In this document: piece after piece, positions 55,456 through 64,000 of the stretch
Position numbering within the stretch: the first letter of the stretch is position 1
Layout: each line of letters begins with the position of its first letter
Assembly: GCA_951406725.2 (NCBI GenBank)
Contig: OX597815.1
Location: 97,278,001-97,342,000 of the forward strand
Origin: Octopus vulgaris
Taxonomy: Eukaryota
Length of the DNA stretch: 64,000 bases
Direction: 5' to 3'
Program-made: the position numbers and the translations under genes
The notes under the pieces: model-generated
The model's input: only the letters and a program-made list of their open reading frames with translations
The model's database searches: none
Told to the model about the DNA's origin: nothing

Positions 55456-57599
55456 AAATCTTGAAATTCTAACCGAGGCTTCCGCGCTTCTGGACTGGCG
55501 TTCCCTGATGACGTTGTCCTCAGTTGACGAACTATGGTCATCCCTCAAAGCATATGTAATCTGTTTGACTGACCAGGCAGTTCCCGTTGGACTTCCCAAG
55601 AGGAAGAAACACAAGCCCTGGGTGACGAAGAAGGTTAAACGAGAACCTCGACTCAGAGATATTGCTTGGGCTGAATTCAAAAATCTGGATTCGACTGCAG
55701 CTTTTGAGGTGTACAAAACTCAACGAGACCGAGCCGTGAAAATTGAAAAGAAAGAACGCTTCAGTTATGAATACAAAATCGCGGCAAATGTCAGTAGCAA
55801 TAGAAAAACCTTCTTTGCCCATGTCCAGCGGAATTCCCGCTTGAACAACCAGATTGCAACGTTGGTAGACTCAACAGGCGTATCGATTGAGGACCCTTAT
55901 CAACAGAGTCAATTATTTGCCGAGGCTTTTTCAACTATTTTCAAACAAGATGATGGTCGTGAACCCCCTCCATTTGATAGATCGGTACCTCCAATGCTTC
56001 GATTGATCATCACGCGGGACCAAGTCAAACGGGTTATTCAAGGCCTCGATGTCAACAAGGGTCACGGCCCTGACGGCATACACCCACGGGTTATCAAAGC
56101 GTTGGCTCCGGTCATCTGCGAGCCCTTAACACGACTATTCAATATGTCATTGGCGACGGGTGTTATACCTGCAGACTGGAGAACAGCGATAATCTGCCCA
56201 ATTTTCAAGAAAGGGAGCCACGAAGACCCGCTTAACTACCGACCGGTTTCCCTTACATCAATAATCAGCAAGATGTTCGAAACCATCCTTAAGAAAAGTA
56301 TGATGCTCCACCTCCTAAACACAGCCTCGATCACTGATTCCCAACACGGCTTCGTGCCGAAGAGATCATGCTTGACCAACTTACTAGTAATGGAAGAATT
56401 GGTGACGCGCATCCTCGATGATAGTGATGCTGTTGACATCGTTTTATTGGACTTTGCCAAAGCTTTTGACTCGGTAAACCACCGCCTACTACTTGTCAAG
56501 CTTCAAGCATATAGTTTCCATCCGGATATTGTACGATGGGTTGGTGCCTTCCTCTCAGATCGCTCCTTCCAAGTTCAAGTTAATGGTTCGCGGTCCGACG
56601 TCTCTAGTGCGAGCAGTGGCGTGCCTCAAGGTTCAGTGCTTGGGCCCTTGTTGTTCTTAGTCTTCATAAATGACTTGCCCGACGACCTCACGCAACACAC
56701 CCTTCTATTTGCCGACGATATCAAACTGGTCGCTCCTCGCGGTAGTATAGAGGATCTTCGTCGATGCCTCCACCAAATTTGGAAGTGGTCTAACGATTGG
56801 GACCTGTGTCTGAACGTGTCAAAGTGCTGTCATCTGCCTGTCGGCTCTACTCCTGCAACTCAACTTGATTTCGAGCCGGGTCGTCTGCTGCTGGAGAGGA
56901 CCGATCAGGTAAAGGACCTGGGTATCTTGGTGGATTCCTCCTTTTCGCCTTCGGCCCAGTGCGTCCATGCTGCCAACAAAGCGCGCGGAATTCTGTTTTT
57001 GATTCGACGGTCATGCGGAATGCTCACAGCAGCCATATTCCTGCCACTCTATGTCACGCTGGTGAGACCCATATTGGAGTATGAGATTCAAGCCTCTTCT
57101 CCTTATCTCCTCAAAGACATACAGCACCTCGAAAGAGTCCAGAGGCTGGCTACCCGCATGGTTCATGGTCTCAAAAATTTGTCCTACGAAGAAAGGCTGA
57201 GGACGCTCGACCTTTGTTCTCTTGAAAAACGCCGCCGCCGTGGTGATCTCATTCTCGCCCACAACATCATAAGCGGGAAGTGTAACCTCTCGAAAGAGCT
57301 GTTCTTCACTCCTGCTCCGGAGCGTCGGCTGTGGGGTCATTCCGAAAAGCTCTACCTGCGACGATTTCATCTCAATCGAAGGAGAGGAGCTTTCTCCGTC
57401 CGGGTTGCGGATCCGTGGAACAAGCTGCCAGACGAGATGGTGAAGATGCCGACGACCGCTTTGTTCAAAGCCTCCCAGGACCTCAAGTGGCCTGAACTCT
57501 TTACATGAACACCACCCTGTACTTAACTCCCTGTCCCCCTACATGGCCTTGCTATTTGCTTTTGAGCCAAATTAACTAACTAACTAACTAACTAAATCT
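55456..57599 (+). mobile_element. 5'-truncated CR1-clade LINE with uninterrupted RT frame, (TAAC)n tail and candidate TSD AAATCT
   Basis: ORF to 57508: GPDGIHP, NYRPVSLTS, QHGF, DFAKAFDSV, GVPQGSVLGPLLF, FADD, RPILEY, RRRGDLI; no endonuclease domain; AAATCT at 55456-55461 and 57594-57599. Confidence 0.93.
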
Positions 57600-58300
57600 C
57601 AGAGACTGGTAGGTTGCTTGAAACTTTCAATGATTCACTTAGTCAAAGATCGCCTTCTCATTCTAAATATTGTCCTTCCTCATTCTTTCTCCAATCCTGT
57701 CATATATGTTACCAGTTCTACGTTGGATATTCTGAACTTCATCTAGCGACTGAGGGTGGTAAACTCCTTCAGAAAGTCTTATTCGCTTCCTATTTTTGTT
57801 CATTTTATTTTTTCAGGGAAACAAAAGGCGTTTTTCTTTTCTGTTTTTTTCTGCTGCTGATAGTTTATCACATCTTGTCCATCCTGCATCTCCAACCCCG
57901 CTATTATCTGAAGTTTATGAAATACTATTGATTGGGGGAAGGGGCAGTGTTCTTGACGTTCCATCTATGAGGACAAAAAGATCTCTTACGCTACACTCAG
58001 GTCTGCAAATGATTTTACAAATTGAGAAACTTTGAAGTAGTTTCTGCGATCCTCCATTGATTTCACTGCGTCTGTTGATCTGTGTCTTTGCGTGTCCCTA
58101 TCTATAAATATGTGTGGTACAGCTGTATAGAAGTAGAACAATGTGAGTTAATTCAATTGGGTTAACATCTTTCTCTCTGCCCTCACAATGCGATACAAAG
58201 CTAGGGGTAGGCCGTCGGCATCTTGCAGTTTTTATACCTACTTCCATACAAACAAGTCAAAAGTCTCTCTTTCTCTGACACTCGTATATCATACGTATTG
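57600..58300 (-). pseudogene. Older decayed LINE (RTE-like) interrupted by the CR1 insertion
   Basis: Minus strand SEINGRIAETTSKFLNL resembles the RTE EIxxRIxxA motif; the sequence appears to continue across the TSD into 55340-55455. Confidence 0.35.
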
Positions 58301-59750
58301 CAACTTCTCTGTTCGAAGGTATTCGCTCCGTTTTTAAATCTCTATAGAATTTTAGACGCGATACTTACTTTTACTCTCTTCCAATGAAACACTTGAACAA
58401 AATGCTTGTGTTCCACTTCTGGAATTGTTCGTTTCCCCTACGTATGTTCGATTTCTTATGCCTTTACTCGAAATTGTATCTACTAGTCTCATTGTCCTAA
58501 TATTTTTCTTTATCAAGGATACAAAATTTTCCTCTAAGTTCCTGGATCGTAGAAAAAATAATTGTGTTACTTCATGTTATGAAGACATATTTAAAAGTTC
58601 AATAGTTGCTGATATGCTACAAGCGTCAGGTGAAACCCATAAAAGTGTATTGCATCAGCATCTTGCCTGATAAATTTTTCTATGCATAGAGGTATACTAG
58701 ATCTCTTCCAGAGAGGAATCACTCGATCGACTTGCATTAAATCGTCAACATTCATACACCAGCTACTGACTTAATGGGACGGTGTATCCTCTCGTTGTTT
58801 TGATTTGTTTTATCGCTACCACAACAGTTACGTTTTTCCAAAGTTGGTTAGTTTACTGCCTCCTCTGTTCAAGTATCACTGACCGACTAGTCTCTACACA
58901 ACTCGTTACCAAGATTTATCCTCTCCAACCGGCAAACTTTAACCGCAATGACTAGTCTTTCTTACGCAGAAAATCATCTGCTGCTAATTTCCCTGCAAAT
59001 GTTGACGGGAAAGAGTTTAATTAGAGCATTACATTCATTAAGCTCTCTAGTCTCGGATGTCTCTACCTTCAGGCACAGTAAACAACAGAAAATATATAAG
59101 CCCGATTGTGTCATTTATTAGGATTACAATGGTAACATAAGGGAGCTTTCTCTTTCTCTATAATATCTATTGCGTGACTAGTTAGGGATTCCATTGTTGA
59201 AAACGTGCACGTCTCTCAGAATAATTGCTTTCAAGAAATTACTCTAAAAAATTTCAGGTGTAATATTTAACAACACTTTCTATCGCGTGTGATTATTCTT
59301 CAATTATTCTATAACTATACATGCTTTCACATTCTCTATTCTCTTCTGGGTTTTCTCTCATTATCTAACATCATGTTATTGTCACAGTGAGCGGGCCCTT
59401 ACTCTTGCCTTAATTACTAATTATCACATGCCTTTTATTTTATTGTGGTTAAGTACTTTTTTCTCATTTTGTATCTCATTTTCGTTTTCCTGATTTACAT
59501 TGAATGTTTTTTTCTTTTGTTGGATTTCCAGTCGCTTTAATACGATTCACCACAGAATAAATAAGCTCACTTTTTAATGAGACGTGTTAATTATAATAAT
59601 GATATCCAAAGTATAACATGGGATTTCTAAATATTCATATGCACAATACACGCGAGGCATAGATGTACGCTCAAACACTGCTGTTCTCACTCGAACACAC
59701 ATTCACAAAAGCACATGCATATGTACACACACTAGCACACACACACACAT

Positions 59751-59787
<37 letters not shown>

Positions 59788-60167
59788 CGCACATATGTAT
59801 GTAGTCACGTGTGTGTGTTGCCAGTGAAAGAGAGGCAGGGAAACTTACAGATACAATTTTAAAATATACACTTTGCAAAACTGAGAAAATAAAGCATAAA
59901 TGGTATCACATTTTCAATTACCCAACTGAGACCACCGCAGCATCAATTAAAAACTGATGGAAAAGCAGCAATCAAGGGAGGAAACTTTAAATATACGAGA
60001 TAATTGAATTGGGGGGAGGGCGGATAAAGAGCACACGGGTGGGGATCCTTCGCTTAGTATCATTTAGCGAAAGCGTAGTACAAGTTACAAAAGTTATGGA
60101 TCTATCTCCTCAAATCATATTGAAATAGGCTTCGAAAAGATGAACGCAAAAATACAAACAACCATAC

Positions 60168-60577
<410 letters not shown>

Positions 60578-61111
60578 TGTATATGTCTGTCTTTATGCAT
60601 ACCAGTCTATATTTATGCATGCGCATTCCACTTTCTGTGTATGTAATCAAACTGCACAATAATATACTAATATTTCTACACCATTAAATGTCATACTTCA
60701 TGTGAATAGAAAATCTGCGAATTATATTTCATACTAATTTATTTTTATTTATTTTCTATACAAGGATTACATAATATACCATTGTTTCCCATTCTATTCA
60801 AAATATTTCGATTTGTATTTATGACAAAAATGTACAAAGAGCCAAAATCAATATCTAAGCGTCTGCGGCGTTTAATGATTCCGATTGATTTACTTCATTC
60901 GATGTTCATGTACATAATGTATAGAATTTTTTTGTTGTATTGATTGGACCCTACGTTTAATAATTACTCTATAGGATTATATTAGTAGTATATTAATAAT
61001 ACGCACATTTAGAAGGCGGTGTCGATTGTCAATACAAAATCAGAATCAGGGGAAATGATTTTGTGATAGTTTAGTGAAAAATATTTTTTGTAATAAACCC
61101 GGGCAAACACA

Positions 61112-61142
<31 letters not shown>

Positions 61143-61274
61143 TCAAACACACACACAACACACACACACAAACACACACACATGCCTGCACAGAATCTCA
61201 ACCGTACGCATATGAATGAATATATATACATATATATACACACATATACACATATGTATGTTTATATTTGCTAG

Positions 61275-61317
<43 letters not shown>

Positions 61318-62131
61318 TTCATATGTGTGTGCATGTGTATGTCTGTGAGTGTGTGTATGTGTGTATGTATATATCTATATGTGTACGTATACATGTATAT
61401 TTACACACATAAATATGTTCGTACTTCTCTATACACTTACATGTATGGCCGTATACGACATATATTTCCTTAAAAACTTAGAGGAAACTTTGCCATTCAA
61501 TCACAATATTTATCACAAATTTCATTAGCAATCTATTAATTATATAGGAAAAAATGTCTTCGGTAAAACCGATTAACACAATACCGAGAGAAGAATTTTT
61601 ATGTACGTGCTTTCGCTGTCGTCACCTTTACAAACGCGTTTGGTGTAATTTAATTCTGTCGCTATTTCCGATTTAGTGTTGGTCTCAAAATATTTTTCCT
61701 TTGCCGTTTGTGAATAATCATCATTGCCCTTCATGCTGAAAATATATGGATATTTCCAAATTTTTGTTCGCAAATAAATTTAGGACTTTCACTATGTGGA
61801 ACATTTCCTTGTGAAATATCCTGCTTGATATTTAATACCCCGAAGCAGTCCACTAATTTTTTTCTGCTTGGCCGATATAGATCTCGTTGCATTGTTGATA
61901 TGTTATAAAACAAATGATTTTCCACGTTCTTTTTTTCTTTTTCTTTTTGCAATAAATATTTCTGTTAACTTTCAATTGTTTCGCATTCGTAAACTTTACT
62001 GTTTTCATTTAATTAATACACATCGCATCAACAGGATCTGTATCATCATACCTGCATTATTTTCCTATGCAAATTTTGCCTTTGTCGAATGTCTTTTGTC
62101 ATTTAACGTTAATATTATATTACTCTAATGT

Positions 62132-62330
62132 GTTGAGCTGGCAGGATCTTTAGTATGCCGGACAAAATGCTTAGCGACATTCTATCCGTCTTTTATGTTC
62201 TGAGTTCAAATTCGACCGAGGTCGACTTTGCCTTTCATTGTTTTGGGGCCCATGAAATAAGTACTAGTTGAGCACTGGGGTTGACTGAACCCCTTCTCCG
62301 AACATGCTGGCCTTGTGCCAAAATTTCAAG
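62132..62330 (+). mobile_element. SINE family B
   Basis: gagctggcaggatctttagtatgccggacaaaatgcttagcg..gagttcaaattcgaccgaggtcgactttgcctttca..ggccttgtgccaaaattt. Confidence 0.85.
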
Positions 62331-62886
62331 CTAATATTTTCTTACTCATTTGCGAGTATTTATTTGATAATTTGTGTATAATTCGAAGGCCCCGTTTGGC
62401 CGAAAATTTTGGTATTTCAGATTGTTTGTGATCATAAAGAAAATATTCCTGTTTTTGCCTCCGGTCTCATTGTGATAGTTTACGAGAATCTGTAATTATT
62501 GCCTTTTTACGTTTTACCATTTTGATTCTGATATTTCTGTAATATGGAGCGGAAAGCGAGTTAAAATACTTTAGTTTTTGTGTGTACCCACATCTATTCT
62601 TTCAAGGCCATTTGTAATTGTTGCATCTTCTTAATTTCAAATTGCCCAGTACTGGAAATTCCGATCATGTACTATAGAGAATTGTAACCGGTCGTGAATT
62701 CTAATAGGTTAAGGGAAGCATGTAAAGATTTCCTTCATTCTGTTCCAAAATAGAACAGAGCATATATGCACATACACGCACGCATATATATGCATGCACG
62801 TATGTAATTTCTTATGTTTATTTCTATGTTCTTGTACGAATATGTAAGTATGTGTTCGTACAAGTGCATGAGTATACAGCTTTCTA

Positions 62887-62923
<37 letters not shown>

Positions 62924-62931
<8 letters not shown>

Positions 62932-63205
62932 ATCACGTGACCGACCAGACCATCAGATGTTTTTACACATCGCTGGTCACAATGCGTTCGCATTGTTTTT
63001 TAGCCTTTGAATGACGCCACCCCGGTGGCTAAGCGAGCAGGCCAACAGAAGAAAGAGTGGTGAAAGAGTACAGCAGGGATCACCCCCCCCTGCCGGAGCC
63101 TCGTGGACCTTTTAGGTGTTTTCGCTCAATATACACTCACAACGCCCGGTCTATGAATCGAAGCCGCGAGTCCGCTGGCCTAACCACTGGGCCATTGCGC
63201 CTCCA

Positions 63206-63206
<1 letters not shown>
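62924..63206 (-). mobile_element. tRNA-derived SINE, family E, in (TA)n
   Basis: Minus-strand head gtggaggcgcaatggcccagtggttagg..ttcgattc (A and B boxes); tail tcacgtgatcacgtga; TA tracts on both sides. Confidence 0.8.
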
Positions 63207-63238
<32 letters not shown>

Positions 63239-63964
63239 TCAAGAAAACAATAATTCTGAGTCAAAATATTATATATCTATTTTATAAATATTATGTTTAT
63301 TATTAATTTGGATATATACGTGTGTGTCTGTATGTCTACCTTTGTGTATGTGAACATATATGTATGAATGTATGAATGTTGTATCTAACTATCTATGCGT
63401 AGGCGGAAAGATCGGTGAAATGCTGATTTGACAAGGAAAAACTATTCGTCTCCTGAGGTCTTGAGTAGCGACATTACAGTCATGTAATTTGCCATTGTGG
63501 AAAGTTTACTGATGTATTACTTATTGCTGTAGATCACCAGTCACTCTAGTGGAGTCGTATTAATCGTTACCGAGCGAAATTTATATCATTGCAAAGCTTC
63601 ATTCTTAATGACTCTGTACAACATTTGAGATACTGGAAGTCTGTGTGTGGTTGAAGTTTCTTTTCATAACCACATCTCAATAATTAATTCATATTAATTA
63701 TTGAATGCTTATCTCTATAGTTTTCTTGCCAAAAAATCCCTAACTTTTAATCTATTTATTTTGTTTTATTTTATTCGAACGTCGTTTTCATCAAATGAAA
63801 ATGAAAATCCATGATTTGAAGCAACAAATATCCTGGAAATTTAATTGAAGTGTTTTTTTCTATATAATCACCCAAAATTAAGCAAGTATCCATTATCTAT
63901 TGTATCCAATTTATGGGAATCAGGCGAATCAGTTAACATTAGTTGATATGGAAATCAGTTGACA

Positions 63965-64000
63965 TACGAGGAGCGTTCAATAAGCAATGCCCCTGACCCA
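63965..64000 (+). mobile_element. Start of a mariner-type TIR, cut by the window edge
   Basis: TA-CGAGGAGCGTTCAATAAG resembles the tacgag..caataag TIRs at 13962 and 19762. Confidence 0.5.

Overview
AT-rich, microsatellite-saturated eukaryotic (animal) DNA. The repeat families and simple-repeat load look like an octopus/cephalopod genome; this is inference, not proven. The only well-supported host coding sequence is one 182-bp exon (40708-40889, +) of an ionotropic glutamate receptor (kainate/GRIK-like amino-terminal domain), so the window is probably two very large introns around that exon. The rest is mostly mobile DNA: two CR1-group LINE fragments (one with a long open RT frame), a Dong/R4-like RLE LINE inside a (TAA)n tract, several Penelope-like element (PLE) fragments, mariner-derived MITEs, an internally deleted Chapaev-like transposon, a probable Helitron, and many SINEs. 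The most unusual signals are (i) at least six hammerhead-ribozyme-like motifs in PLE termini, two of them from diverged families with matching non-canonical cores (C3-G8 vs U3-A8) upstream of homologous start peptides, and (ii) several long foldback/inverted repeats able to form dsRNA in the receptor pre-mRNA. Nearly all short ORFs in the supplied track are microsatellite artefacts. All alignments and folds were done by eye.
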